From: the human T2T-CHM13v2.0 reference genome, Homo sapiens
DNA length: 64,000 nt
Reading direction: 5' to 3' (one strand)
Assembly: GCF_009914755.1 (NCBI RefSeq)
Contig: NC_060929.1
Shown here: positions 44,390 through 61,346 of the stretch, piece after piece
Layout of the letters: every line of letters starts with the position of its first letter
Numbering within the stretch: position 1 is the stretch's first letter
Made by a program: the position numbers and the translations under genes
Notes under the pieces: generated by a model
Databases searched by the model: none
What the model saw: only the letters and a program-made list of their open reading frames with translations
Told to the model about the DNA's origin: nothing

Positions 44390-44924
44390 TCTGTACTGAA
44401 CTATCTATTTAAGAATGTTTATATCCAAAGAGGTGTAGGAAATAGAGACAGTATCTGCCTCCAAGTCCAGTTTCCTGACCAGTATAATAAATGTCATATC
44501 TCCCTCTGGGGCAAAGGACAGGCAGATTTGCTAGCAGTCTTTAAAAGATTGAGATTGCCTAAGCTGAGGGTTTCTCAGCTGTGACGCAAACCCACTGTGA
44601 AATCTGCATCACCTGTGGGATATGAGAAGCAAGAAAAATCAATTTAAGCAGAAGTTCATGCTAACTACTATGCTATGAGTAATAACATTCTTTTTAAAAA
44701 AAGTATTCACAGGCAAAAATTGTAGTGCACTACAGCCTGGAACTCCTAGGCTCAAGAAATCCTCCCACCTCATACTCCCAAGTAGCTGGGACTACAGGGT
44801 TGTGCCACCATGTCAGCTAACATTCTTTTTTCTTGAATCAGGAGTCTTGTGTCTTCTGCTGGCATCTATGAACTTGTTAGCTTACAAGTAGGGTAAACAT
44901 CTCAGACTCTTCCCAGTTTTTGAC
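44390..44924 (+). mobile_element. ERVL-class LTR (MER70/MER76-like)
   Basis: ctaagctgagggttt...caggagtcttgtgtcttctgc...aagtagggtaaacatctcagac...tgaca. Confidence 0.6.
44694..44817 (-). mobile_element. FAM (fossil Alu monomer) fragment
   Basis: tattcacaggc...gcactacagcc is 7SL/FAM-specific; TSD taacattctttt 44682-44693 / 44818-44829. Confidence 0.75.
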
Positions 44925-44929
44925 ACTAA

Positions 44930-45290
44930 TAAGCAGACTCCAAGAAGGAGATTTGCATGTCCCAAATCAATGGGAAATGCTCTTGGATCAACACCATTGT
45001 GGCAATGAGGAAAAGAGAGTTGCTGCAAGACAAGAAGCTATTGGATTTCAGTACAGTCAAACAAAAGCCTCACTCAGTTCCGTGGGGAGCTCTGAAGCCA
45101 GGATGGCCTTTCAGAGCTGCCCCTAGTGGAACTGAGGGCCTTGGGCCTCTATACTGTTTGCATGGACAAATCTTTGAATACAAGCTTCTTCCAGGATGTG
45201 GGCTTGACCTTGGGTGAGTCAGCCCCTTTTAGCTGAGGGCAAGCAAAGGAGATGAGACTCTACTGAGAGCTGTCATTTGCCATCACTCCT
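44930..45290 (-). mobile_element. LTR16-like ERVL LTR
   Basis: gcagactc...gggagctctgaagc...gaccttgggtgag...gctgagggcaa. Confidence 0.55.
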
Positions 45291-45968
45291 AGGAGCTCAT
45301 CATTCCTATGAGTACAGATAAGACAGCCTCTAATTTCCTTTGATTCAGCTCTTTAATTCTTACTAGGAAAGTTACCAGAAATCATATTCTGTCTCTTTTT
45401 GCTAAGGAAAATCTCTTGTGGCTGTCTTTTACGTTCCCCTTCCCCATCTCCTCCCTAGCACAGTCTCCTAAGTGGCACACTGCCTTCCCCTCTGAGCCAC
45501 CAGAGGAGGCCAGAGTCCTCTTCAGAGTCTGTTTCTCTGACCCTGCCTGGGGCAGCTTCCTCCTTGTCCATTTGAGCAGAAAGATTCTTCCAGAACTTTA
45601 GTTTCACTGAACTAGTTTTTCTCATTTTCAGCCTTCCATGTGGACTCCTAAAGTCTCCCTTTTGCTTGCTAAGATCCTGAAGCCATTCTGGCTTTAAGCA
45701 GATATTTGCCAAACACCATCTATGGTCTGGGGATTGTGCTAGACACTTAGGATATAACTGACAGAGATGCCCTTCTTTTAACTCAGTAACAACTAATTCA
45801 ACTCAGAGCTCAATTAAATCCACAGACATTTACAGAGTTATTACTTGGTGGTCGAGGGGCGGTGGGGTGGTTCTCTTTGAGACTTTGAAATAGTGTAAGT
45901 CAGAATGTTTTCAGCTGCAAGAAACAGATACTTGACTGTAAGTGGCTTTAAAAAAATAAGATGTCTTC

Positions 45969-46080
45969 TAGGATGACTAACCAGGCAAGTTTTCCTGGAA
46001 TTGTTCCAGCTTTAGCACTGGAAATCCTGAGTCCCAGAAATTCCCCTGACCTAGGCAAACTGGGATGGTTGTTCAACCTA
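45969..46080. mobile_element. MER81-like hAT MITE
   Basis: Degenerate TIRs taggatgactaacc / ggttgttcaaccta, internal ttagcactggaaatcc. Confidence 0.7.
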
Positions 46081-46148
46081 AGCCTGCTAGGCATTGCAGT
46101 TCCTTCTTAGTGGTAGGAGATGCAAGATGTAATTTGTCCTTCACTTTA

Positions 46149-46570
46149 TTTTTTTATTTTTAAAATATTTAGCATTTATTTCTTAATTGACTAATACAAT
46201 TACATGTATTTATGATGTATAAGTATGATGTTTTGATTATACGTATACATTGTGAAATGGCTAAATCAAGCTAAATTATCATATGCATTACCTCAGAGAT
46301 TTATCATTTTTTTGTGTTGAGAACACTTAAAATCTACTCTTTTAGCTATTTTCAAGCATACGATACATTGTTGTTAGCTATGGTTATGATATTATATAAT
46401 AGATTGCCTGGACTTATTCCTCCTGTTTAACTGAGATTTTGAACCCTTTGACTAATAGCTCTCCAGCACCCCCACCCCAGCCCCCCGTAACCAAGTTTCT
46501 ACTCTCTGCCTCTATGAGCTCAACTTTTTTAGATTCCACATGTAAGTGAGATCTTGTAGTATTTGTCTTA
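46149..46570 (-). mobile_element. L1MA8/9-like 3' end
   Basis: tacattgtgaaatggctaaatcaagcta; TSD tcct(t/c)cacttta. Confidence 0.85.
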
Positions 46571-47469
46571 TCCTCCACTTTAAAGATGTTCTCGCATGCC
46601 TCAGACCACTGGATCCTTAAAATCCTTCTGGATGAGTTAAGGCCTTAAATTTCCTCAGGGTTTATCTTCCATCGTCTGGAATGCAGGTACCTTAATAAGG
46701 CTTCCAGTAGACTTGCTGCTTCTTGCTCATTCAGTCAAATTGATATATCATTAATATAATGCACAAATATGATGCTCTGGACAATGTATATATGTATATA
46801 TGGTGGGACTTAGAGCATTCCTACAGCTTTCTCCAAAAATTCTGAAAAAGCAAAAACAAAACAAACAAACAAAACCCCCCAAAAACCAAGCAACAGCAAA
46901 AACAAGAATAAGCTATCTTTTAAAAATCTCCAAATCCTGATTTTATATACTTAGTGTAGGAGCAGATCTTAGGTGTCCTTGAAGCGGTTTTTAAAATACC
47001 CCTTTGAAATATCAGCATGGGCTTAATTTCAAAAAATGGTGTCTATTATCTTGATGCTGTAGCCAAAGCTGAGACTGCAAGAACCTTATTTTACTTCCCA
47101 TTACACATAAACATCAATTTCCTGCTTAAAAGTGTTCAATTGTTTTTTTAAAAAGGAGAGTCAATTTGTATTCTATCATTATCGAAAATAGGATCTCATA
47201 ATTTGTGTTCAAGTTTAGAAAATTTTAAAAGTAACATTCTGTTCATCTCAGTCCATTGTGTAAATTTTAAACCTGACAAAGGGGGCTTCTGTACCTCTCA
47301 AAAGAATGAAAGATGGTGTAGTCCGCTGCAACCAGGTGGGGGCGATGCTTTGGCCACAACCTTGTGATTTAAATAAAAAGATGGTACCATTAGACATGGT
47401 TTATCTGAAGCCGAGCTTAAAGTCTCCTTGCTTTTTAAAAAAAAAAAAATTTTTTTTTTGAAATAAAAT

Positions 47470-47940
47470 CCAAACTCTTTACCATGGATTTCAACGGACT
47501 GGCCCCTTTCCCAATTACCCAACCTCATTTCACGTCACTCCCTTCATCACTCACTCCATTTTGGCCACAGAGGCATTTCACTTCCCCAAATACACACATT
47601 TTCTTTTTACCTTGGGCCTTTGCCTCTCCTGATTCTCTGAGTGGAAGGCTTTTCCTTTCGCTGCCACATGGCTGTCTCATTCTCAGCCTTTAGGTCTCAA
47701 CTTAACAGCTTTTAATAAATATCACTTCTTCAGAGAGTCCTTCTCTACCAACTTCATCTAATGTAAGCCAACTACTACCTGTCTTGGCATTCTGTTACAG
47801 CACCTTGTAACAGGTTCCCGTGGCTTAGCATAATTTGTAATTTTTTCTTATCTGACCCTTGCTAAACTGTAAATGCCAGGGGGGTGGCCTGTTTCCGTGT
47901 TTTGCCCTATGCTATACCTAGAATCTTGCATATTATCCTT
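47470..47940 (+). mobile_element. L2 fragment (3' tip resumes at about 48828-48876)
   Basis: gggcctttgc, ttaggtctcaactt, tcacttcttcagagagtcctt; tggcacataataggcac. Confidence 0.7.
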
Positions 47941-48827
47941 TATATTAGTTTGTTAGGGCTACCTTAACAAAGCGTCACAGACTGGGTGGCTTAAACAACA
48001 GAAATTTCTTTCCTCACAATTCTAGAGGCCAGAAGTCTGAGATCAGGATGTCAGCAGGGTTGTTTTCTTCTGAGGCCTCTCTCCTTGGCTGTCTTCTCTC
48101 TATGTCTTCACGTGGCCTTCCTTTGTGTAATCTTCTCTTCTTATAAGGACCCAAGTTATATTAAGTTAGTTCCACCCTAGTGACCACATTTTATTTTATT
48201 TTTTATTTTACTTTAAGTTCTGGGATACATGTGCAGAACATGCAGGTTTGTTACATAGGTATACATGTGGCATGGTGGTTTGCTGCATCTATCAACTCGT
48301 CAGGTTTTAAGCCCCACGTGCATTAGGTATTTCTCCTAATGCTCTCCCTCCCCCAGCCCCCCACCCCCTGACAGGCCCCAGTGTGTGATGTTCTCCTCCC
48401 TGTGTCCATGTGTTCTCATTGTTCAACTCCCACTTATGAATGAGAACATGTGGTGTTTGGTTTTCTGTTCCTGTGTTAGTTTGCTAAGAATGATGGCTTC
48501 CAGCTTCATCTATGTCTCTGCAAAGGACATGAACTCATTCTTTTTTATGGCTGCATAGTATTCCATGGTGTATATGTGACACATTTTCTTTATCCAGTCT
48601 ACCATTGATGGGCATTTGGGTTGGTTCCAAGTCTTTGCTATTGTAAATAGTCCTGCAATAAACATATCTGTGCATGTGTCTTTATAGTAGAATGATTTAG
48701 TGACCACATTTTAACTTAATTAATTTTTAAAGATTATCTCCAAATACAATACAGTCGCATTCTGAGGCACTGGGGTCAGGACTTCAATGTATGAATTAGG
48801 GGTGAGGGCTCAATTCACCTCATAAAA
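47941..48827 (-). mobile_element. MLT1A/A0 MaLR LTR interrupted by L1
   Basis: cacagactgggtggcttaaacaac...ttctgaggcactggggtcaggacttcaa. Confidence 0.85.
48194..48697 (-). mobile_element. L1PA8-like 3' end
   Basis: TSD tagtgaccacatttta 48178-48193 / 48698-48713. Confidence 0.93.
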
Positions 48828-51349
48828 CCCTGGCACATAATAGGCACTTCATACACATCCACTGAATGGATAAATGCTTTCAAAATTATCATTGAGTTCA
48901 AAGATTGTAAAACAGAAAAGGAAAGGAAGCTTGAAGCTTGTCCAAGGTGCCCACTCTAGAGATGTGTACTGTAAGCGGTTTGGATTGAGCAGTGGTGTCT
49001 GGGATTTTTGTAACTTTTACAGGTGATTCGAATGTATAGTCAGTCTTAAGCATCACTAATCCATTTCAGTCACCCTAATTTTGAAGAAAGAAAGGCCAAG
49101 GAATTTTAGAGACGTGACCAAGATAATACAATTAAACAGTTAAGATAATACAATTAAAGAATTACAGATTTAGTATGTCAACTTAAACATCTGGCTTCCT
49201 GTGCTATTTTCAATGCATTATATTTAAAGGTAGCCACATTTTCATAATGAATGCTAAAATTACCCACAATGTAGACTTTAAATTGTGAAGGAAAATGAAG
49301 TCAGCACTCCAGGAGCGTGCCACTGTTCTTTCATTTGCCTAGGTCAATGTTTTGCAAAGCAGGTACACTTGTTCAGCAAAGCAGCAAGTGTTAGCAAACC
49401 TCCTCCCATTGTAGTAAATCTTTATTATACATAGAATACAGTTATAGTCTACAGGATAGTGTGTCAATCACTTTCTCCTAGGAAAGGCAGAGTGGGGACA
49501 AAGCCTAGCCATTGCTTTGGAGTGTGGCAACAGCCTAGAAGCCTTCAAAGGTGGTGCTTACCTGCATACAATCCCAAATGCCTATACTCCTTATTTCTAT
49601 AAATTTCCATCATTCCATCACTGATAAAAGAAAGGAAAAAGAACATCAGAAGTTGAAGTCATGATGGCAACACCCAGATAGATGCCACCAGGTCTATCTC
49701 CTGCTTAGAGGAGGACATTTATGCATTTCTGTGAATTGGGGGTTTCCAGAGTCCTATACCTCTTTGTTTAGTCTCCCATTGCGAGGCTCCTGTGATGTCT
49801 AATGAAGTGAGCATAGGAATTGCCCTAAGCTAGAATGCTACAGTTAGTCATTTGTTGACTTTGGTACTTGCTCACTATGTGGGTAGGGCTAGGCCTGCAG
49901 TGGAGGTGGGTGAGAGAGCTTCTACATCAGTGTCAGCAGAGGTGAATGAGGATAGACCACTCAATGGCTGCCTTCTAACTATCATGTTAGGGAAAGCCTT
50001 CCCCTACCATTTGTTTCTGGTTGGCTGTATGTTGATATTAGAGTCAAGATATTACTGCAATCTCATTTTCTCCTCTGAGCAACGTTGCTGTGTTGATTAT
50101 GTAGGGAGGCTGATGGTAGATATCTCGTCCTATTTTTTGTTTGTGTCTTGTTCTTAACCACACCATGTAGTTGACTGAATGTCTTGATTCCTTCTGATTC
50201 TGAGGTACTTGTGCAAGCCCCAATTTAGGAAATCCTAATTGTTTTCTGATACAAATCAGCAGTCAGTATTGGTTGGGATGGAAACCAGGGACTTTGAGAC
50301 TTTTGCTTTGATCAGATTAGACCACTGGGATTAACTGTGTCTGCAGAGGGGAAACAGAGAGATAACCAGGAACTGGGTCTCCTAATCTTTGGTCAGCTAC
50401 TTTTGTCTATCATGTGAGTTTGAAGGGAATCTACAGGGTAGAACTCTCTTCATGTAACTGCCCACACTTTAGTAGTAGTGCAAAGAGATTTGTAAAATAG
50501 ATAACATGTTCACTCACATTTCTAGGTTTATTTGAGGAAAGGGCTTAATATATCATCATTTTGGTTTATCCAAGTACACTGATGCATAATCAATATCTGT
50601 AAGTTTTAAGAGAAAAACTATATTGAGTAAATACTTTTAAATTATCTTAACATTTTTGAATATCTTTCTTTCCAATAACATACTTTTGATCTCAAAAATG
50701 TTTTCATCGTTTCTGATGAATAATCCATTAGCTGGAAAAACTTGAGTTATAACAGATGGCATGAAATAGAAATGTTACCTCTGCAATTTAAAATCCATTT
50801 TCTTTCATTTGAGAAATTTATTTTTGAGATATCAGCCTTGCAATCTCAGACCATGTAAATGTGTTTGTGACTTGGGAAAGGAATGTGCCACTGACTAGCA
50901 TAATTGAATTGTAGAGTAAATTTCTTTCTTCCTTTTTGTCTGTATTAAGGTCTCATCTAGTCTGTGAGCCAGCACCACCCATTCATGTTGCAGAGATCTA
51001 TCGGATGCTAGAGGGGCCTGCAATGGTCCCTGGTCCATTAAAAACAGCTTAGGGCCAGATAAACCCTGACCTCCCCAGCAAAATCTGATCACCTGTTTCC
51101 TATTACTCCCTGATTCCCAGGTTCCTAAACTTTGATCTTTATCTCAAAGTTAGAACCTTTTTAACTGCTTTTCATAGCATTTGGTAATCTCTCATTCAAA
51201 TTCCTCAGAATTGATTTTGGCATTGCACTGAAACTCCAGCTCTTACCTCAGAGGCTAAAGGAATCCATTTCTTCCCTGGTATTGTGTATCTTCATGTTCC
51301 CTGGTTTGGGTCTTGCTGTGTTTCATGTCACATTAGTCACTACCCTATT

Positions 51350-51525
51350 TTTTTAATAAATTTTTTTTTAATTTGTGCAAATTTATGAGGCACATGAGAA
51401 ATTTTTTACATGTATACGATGTGCAGTGATCAAGTCAGTGTATCTAGGGTGTTTGCCACCTGAGTACAACACATTTTTTTAAAGTATAGTCATCCTATCT
51501 GCTATGAAATATCAAACTTACCCCT
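51350..51525 (-). mobile_element. L1PB/L1MA 3' tip
   Basis: aatttatgaggcacatgagaaattttt...gtgatcaagtcag. Confidence 0.7.
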
Positions 51526-51527
51526 TC

Positions 51528-52425
51528 TTTTTTTTTCAACTTCCACTTTTAGTTTAGATTTGGGAGCACATGTACAGGTTTGTTACATGGGTATATTGCA
51601 TGATGCTGAGGTTTGGGGTACGATTAAATCTGTCAGCCAGGTAGTGAGCATAGTACCCAGTAGGTAGGATTTCAACACTTGGCTCCCTTCCTCATCTTCC
51701 CTCTGTAGTCCCCAGTGTCTCTTATTCCCAGCTTTATGTCCATGTGTACCCATTGTTTAGCTCCCACCTATAAGTGAGTATAAGTAGTGTTTGGTTTTCT
51801 GTTTCTGTGTTAAGTCACTTAGGATAAAGGCCTCCAGCTGCATCCATATTTCTGCAAAAGACATGATTTTATTCTTTTTATGGGTGCGTTGTATTCCATG
51901 TATCAAGTGTTCTTTATCCAATCCACCATTCATGGACACCTAGGTTGATTCCATGTCTTGGCTACTGTTAATAGTGCTGTGATGAACATATGAGTGCATG
52001 TGTCTTTTTGGTAGAATGATCTATTTTTCTTTGGGTATATACCCAGTAATGGGATTGCTGGGATGATTGGTAGCTCTATTTTTAGTTCTTTGATAAATCT
52101 CCAAACTGCTTTCCACAGTGACTGAACTTATTTACATTCCCACCAAACATGTATAAGCATCCGCTTTCCTCTGCAGCCTCACCAACATCTGTTATTTTTT
52201 AATTTTTTAGTGATAGCCATTCTGATTGGTGTAAGATGGTATCTCATTGTGGTTTTGATTTGCATTTCTCTGATGATTAGTGATGTTGAACATTTTTTGA
52301 TATTTTTTTGGCCACCTGTATGTCCTCTTTTGAGAAGTGTCTATTCATGCCCTTTGTCCACTTTTCAATGGCATTATTTGTTTTTTGCTTGTTGATTTTT
52401 TTAAGATCATTGGAGATTCTGGATA
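51528..52425 (-). mobile_element. L1PA15/16-like 3' end
   Basis: catgtacaggtttgttacatgggtatattgcatgatgctgaggtttgg. Confidence 0.88.
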
Positions 52426-52512
52426 TATGCAAATGTACCATCATGAGGTCTGTAAAGTATTCTAGATTCTTTGGGTCTAACTAAAGGGTCTTTGGGTCTA
52501 ACACTGAGGTTT

Positions 52513-52875
52513 TGCAGCCATAAAAAAGAACAGAATCATGTCCTTTGCAGCAACGTGGAAGCAGCTGGAAGCTGTTACCCTAAGCAAATCAATGCAGGAA
52601 CAGAAGACTAACTACTGCATGTTGTCGTAAGTGAGAGATAAACATTGGGTACTCATGGACATAAAGATGGCAACAATAGACACTGGAGACTGCTAGAGTG
52701 GGGAGGTAGGAAGGAGGCCAAGAGTTGAAAAACTACCTATTGGGTACTATGCTTACCATCTGGGTGATGGGTTTAATTGTATCCCAAACCTCTGCATCAT
52801 ATAATATACCCATGTAACAAATGTGTACATGTACCTCCTGAATCTAAAATAGAAGTTGAAATTATAGAAAAAAAC
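52513..52875 (+). mobile_element. L1PA16-like 3' end
   Basis: catggacataaagatggcaacaatagacactgg...gaatctaaaatagaagttgaa. Confidence 0.88.
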
Positions 52876-53059
52876 CATTGAGTTTTGAGCCACCAAATGT
52901 ACTTTACCCTGCCATATGAAAGCAGTGGAAAGTCTCTGGAAGTGAAGAAGGTGGGGAAAGAGAGAACTTCTTGCTGAAAAGATCAGACACGTCACCAAGG
53001 AGCCAGGGATTTTGATCTGCGAATGACAGCCAGTCCAGTTGACTGGAAAATAAGGTGAA

Positions 53060-53300
53060 TTGTGGGAGATGAAGCCAGCAAGGTAGGTGGGAACCAGATC
53101 ATGGAGAATTTTTGTTCCACAGTAAAATATCTCAATTTTAGTGAAGGGAATGGGAAACCATTGTAGGTTTTTAAGCGAGGGAGGACATCATTAGAATTAT
53201 TCATTACGTTGGCAGCATTATACAGACAGATTGGAGAGAAGACAGACTGGAGGCACTAGGACCAATTAGATGGCTGTGGCAGTACTCTAGCCCAGAGGGA
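53060..53300 (-). mobile_element. L2 fragment
   Basis: aatgggaaaccattgtaggtttttaagc...gaccaattagatggctg. Confidence 0.6.
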
Positions 53301-53309
53301 TATCAGTGA

Positions 53310-54610
53310 GAATGTCAGAGTAAGGACTTTCAAAAATCCTCTTCTTTATAAAAACAATTAGAACACTGGCATACTTGTCAGGATCAGCTTCCCCAGAACT
53401 CTGTAAATTAATTAAAAGTTTGCAGCAATCCAGAGAGTGGTTTTTACAAGAAAACTAGATAAATATTTATAAAATCATGGACTTTGTGGCATTTTAATTT
53501 GCCCTATTCTGATCCTGTTCTCTCTAGCTCTGTGGTAGTATTGAAAAATAACAGCTCATGATGCCAGTGAAAACCAGCAGCTGGACAGTCTCTGGAGGGA
53601 GCAAAGTGTGTTTGGAGCTCCTTTCAAAGCTCCATTGACAGAGAATTGTCATTATTTGACCTGTCTGGTGGTTTCATGGAAGGCCCCACTCACAATGTTT
53701 GTTTTTATTTAACCTGAGTCAGAGCTTGCCTGCTTTCTCCGGGAGGATTTGTCAAAAACAATCAATGGCAATTGTTAAATATCCTAGCAACCTGAGGTGA
53801 TAGATAACAGTTTGACCAAACAGTAGCCCAATCAAAAAGCTTAAAAGGAAAATCTGGGAAATGAAATGACCAAAAGCCATTTTAAAAAGGTCCTGCACAT
53901 TCCTGGGAATCTAGAAGGCCATGCTCATGTGTAAGGCTGTGCACATGCCCAGGAGAGACTTGAGAAGGACTTGTGCTCTCACCTCTAACTGACCTTAAGG
54001 CTGTGCACAGGCAGGAGGTAAGTGCTAAAGCAGAGTTGTAAACTGACTGACGGAGTGTTGAAGGCCTCTCTGAAGATGCATACGGAGTTTCTTGGTAAAG
54101 ACTTATTGATTTCATACATTAAAGAAAATATCTGTCTACTTAGTAGCTGATCACTACGCTTACCAAGCAGATACTTCAGCAGCCACACATGACAACGAAT
54201 GCAGTATTTATAGAATTACTTCAGAAAAGTCACTGAATAAACAAACAGCAACAACAGCAGCAACAACAACAAATCCTGGAAAGAGAAAAATATCTGATTT
54301 CCAGAGTTCCCATGCTATGTTATTTAAAATGTCCAATTTCCAACAAAAAATTATATAACATTGAAATAAATAAGAAAGTATGGCTCACACACAAGAGAAA
54401 AAGCAATCAATAGAAATTGTCCCTGAGGAAGCTCAGACATTAGACTTACTATACAAAGACTCTACATCAGCTATTTTAAATATGTTCAAATAACTGAAGG
54501 AAATTATGTCTAAAGAATCAAAGAAAAATATGAGAATGAGCTGTCACCAAATAGAGAATATCAGTAAAGTGACATAAAGTAGTTTAATTAAAAACCAAAT
54601 AGAAATTTTG
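53310..54610 (+). mobile_element. Old L1M (L1M4/L1MC-type) 5' UTR and ORF1 start
   Basis: ctttgtggcattttaa 5' motif; gtccctgaggaagctcagacattagacttact ORF1 start region. Confidence 0.65.
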
Positions 54611-55385
54611 GGGAGGAAGCATGATGGTGGGGAATTGCCTCAGTGCCCAAAATAATTCAGAGATTAGAGTCGGGATGATGGATAACCTAGTAGACTTTGT
54701 AACAGATGGGAAAAGTGATGAAGGGCATGATGGGCTCAGACTTCATGGTTTCCAAGCAATTCATGGGCCTGGGCTGTGTTTTTTGGAGGTGTGGGCCTCA
54801 TGCCACATGCATGCAGCATTCTGTTGCTTCTTTTTCACTCCTGTCAAGGGTGATGTGAGAGTAGAGAAGGTGACCTTTTCTGGATTATTTGAGCTTGGGG
54901 GCTCTGTCTTGACTCCCGGAGCATGTGGATTAATGTTGCATTTAAAAATATCTGGAGAATGCTTCAGAATTGAAATTTTCCACAAAAACATTAATTTTTA
55001 TTGTAGTACCTTTAGGGTTTCTATTTGAACCTATCTTATAAAGATAGAACTGTTATTTATATATTAAATACATTTGCACTATATACACACATACAAAATG
55101 CACATACATAATTTATGTATGCATATATTATCTAAATTGTCAGTAATTGGATAGTTCTTTTTTTATTTTATTTTATTATTATTATACTTTAAGTTTTAGG
55201 GTACATGTGCACAATGTGCAGGTTTGTTACATATGTATACATGTGCCATGCTGGTGTGCTGCACCCATTAACTTGTCATTCAGCATTAGGTATATCTCCT
55301 AATGCTATCCCTCCCCCCGCCCCCTACCCCACAACAGTCCCCAGAGTGTGATGTTCCCCTTCCTGTGTCCATATGTTCTCATTGT

Positions 55386-59225
<3,840 letters not shown>

Positions 59226-59257
59226 TTATTTTGCTTGTTAGTTGATGCAGTTCCTTC

Positions 59258-60310
59258 CTAGCCTCGATGGTCTTTACAGTTTCCATGATTTTGCAGTGGC
59301 TGGTACCAGTTGTTCCTTTCCATGTTTAGCGCTTCCTTCAGGAGCTCTTTTAGGGCAGGCCTGGTGGTGACAAAATCTCTCAGCATTTGCTTGTTTGTAA
59401 AGGATTTTATTTCTCCTTCACTTATGAAGCTTAGTTTGGCTGGATATGAAATTTTGGTTTGAAAATTCTTTTCTTTAAGAATGTTGAATATTGGCCCCCA
59501 CTGTCTTCTGGCTTGTAGAGTTTCTGCTGAGAGATCCGCTGTTAGTCTGATGGGCTTCCCTTTGTGGGTAACCCGACCTTTCTCTCTGGCTGCCCTTAAC
59601 ATTTTTTCCTTCATTTCAACTTTGGCGAATCTGACAATTATGTGTCTTGGAGTTGCTCTTCTCGAGGAGTATCTTTGTGGCATTCTCTGTATTTCCTGAA
59701 TCTGAATGTTGGCCTGCCTTGCTAGATTGGGGAAGTTCTCCTGGATAATATCCTGCAGAGTGTTTTCCAACTTGGTTCCACTCTCCCCGTCACTTTCACA
59801 TGTAGTACACCAATCTGATTGTACACCAATCAGATGTAGATTTGGTCTTTTCACATAGTCCCATATTTCTTGGAGGCTTTGTTCATTTCTTTTTATTCTT
59901 TTTTCTCTAAACTTCCCTTCTCACTTCATTTCATTCATTTCATCTTCCATCACTGATACCCTTTCTTCCAGTTGATCACATCAGCTCCCGAGGCTTCTGC
60001 ATTCTTCACGTAGTTCTTGAGCCTTGGTTTTCAGCTCCATCAGCTCATTTAAGCACTTTTCTGTATTGGTTATTCTAGTTATACATTTGTCTAAACTTTT
60101 TTCAAAGTTTTTAACTTCTTTGCCTTTGGTTTGAGTTTCCTCCTGTAGCTCGGAGTAGTTTGATCATCTGAAGCCTTCTTCTCTCAGCTTGTCAAAGTCA
60201 TTCTCCGTCCAGCTTTGTTCCATTGCTGGTGAGGACCTGCATTCCTTTGGAAGAGGAGAGTCGCTCTGCTTTTTAGAGTTTCCAGTTTTTCTGCTCTGTT
60301 TTTTCCCCAT
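59258..60310 (-). pseudogene. L1 ORF1p, disrupted
   Basis: ATG GGG AAA at 60310; early AGA-TGA stop; C-terminal ORF with ENFPNLARQ, REKG, YPAKLS and a late frameshift. Confidence 0.92.
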
Positions 60311-61346
60311 CTTTGTGGTTTTATCTACTTTTGGTCTTTGATGATGGTGATGTACAGATGGGTTTTTGGTGTGGATGTCCTTTCTATTTGTTAGTTTTCC
60401 TTCTAACAGACAGGACCCTGAGCTGCAGGTCTGTTGGAGTTTGCTGGAGGTCCACTCCAGACTGTGTTTGCCTGGGTATCAGCAGTGGTGGCTGCAGAAC
60501 AATGGATTTTCATGAACTGAGGATGCTGCTGTCTGGTCGTTCCTCTGGAAGTTTTGTCTCAGAGGAGTACCCGGCCGTGTGAGGTGTCAGTCTGCCCCTA
60601 CTGGGGGGTGCCTCCCCATTAGGCTGCTCAGGGGTCAGGGGTCAGGGACCCACTTGAGGGGGCAATCTGCCCCTTCTCAGATCTCCAGCTGCATGCTGGG
60701 AGAATCACTGCTCTCTTCAAAGCTGTCAGACAGGGACATTTACGTCTGCAGAGGTTACTGCTGTCTTTTTCTTTGTCTGTGCCCTGCCCCCAGAGGTGGA
60801 GCCTACAGAGGCAGGCAGGCCTCCTTCAGCTGTGGTGGGTTCCACCCAGTTGGAGCTTCCCGGCTCCTTTGTTTACCTAAGCAAGCCTGGGCAATGGCAG
60901 GTGCCCCTCCCCCAGCCTTGCTGCCACCTTGCAGTTTGATCTCAGACTGCTGTGCTAGCAATCAGTGAGACTCCGTGGGCATAGGACCTTCCAAGCCAGG
61001 TGCGGGATATAATCTTCTGGTGCGCCATTTTTTAAGCCCGTCAGAAAAGCGCAGTATTCGGGTGGGAGTGACCCGATTTTCCAGGTGCCGTCTGTCACCC
61101 CTTTCTTTGACTAGGAAAGGGAACTCCCTGACCCCTTGCACTTCCTGAGTGAGGCAATGCCTCACCCTGCTTCAGCTCGTGCATGGTGTGCTGCACCCAC
61201 TGACCTGTGCCCAGTGTCTGGCACTCCCTAGTGAGATGAACCCGGTACCTCAGATGGAAATGCAGAAATCACCCGTCTTCTTTGTCGCTCACGCTGGGAG
61301 CTGTGGACCGGAGCTGTTCCTATTCGGCCATCTTGGCTCTCACACC
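60311..61346 (-). promoter_or_regulatory. L1 5' UTR internal promoter with YY1 site and antisense promoter
   Basis: YY1 motif aagatggcc at 61326-61334; 1036-bp UTR; activity not shown, many CpGs decayed. Confidence 0.7.
60894..60968 (+). pseudogene. L1 ORF0 truncated at 24 codons
   Basis: MAGAPPPALLPPCSLISDCCASNQ then TGA where the known 71-aa ORF0 has Arg. Confidence 0.8.

Noticed and set aside
52468-52502. 14-bp direct repeat tctttgggtctaac between two diverging L1 ends
   Set aside because: Too short to interpret
54621-55028. 135-aa ORF
   Set aside because: No recognisable homology, poly(A) or TSD
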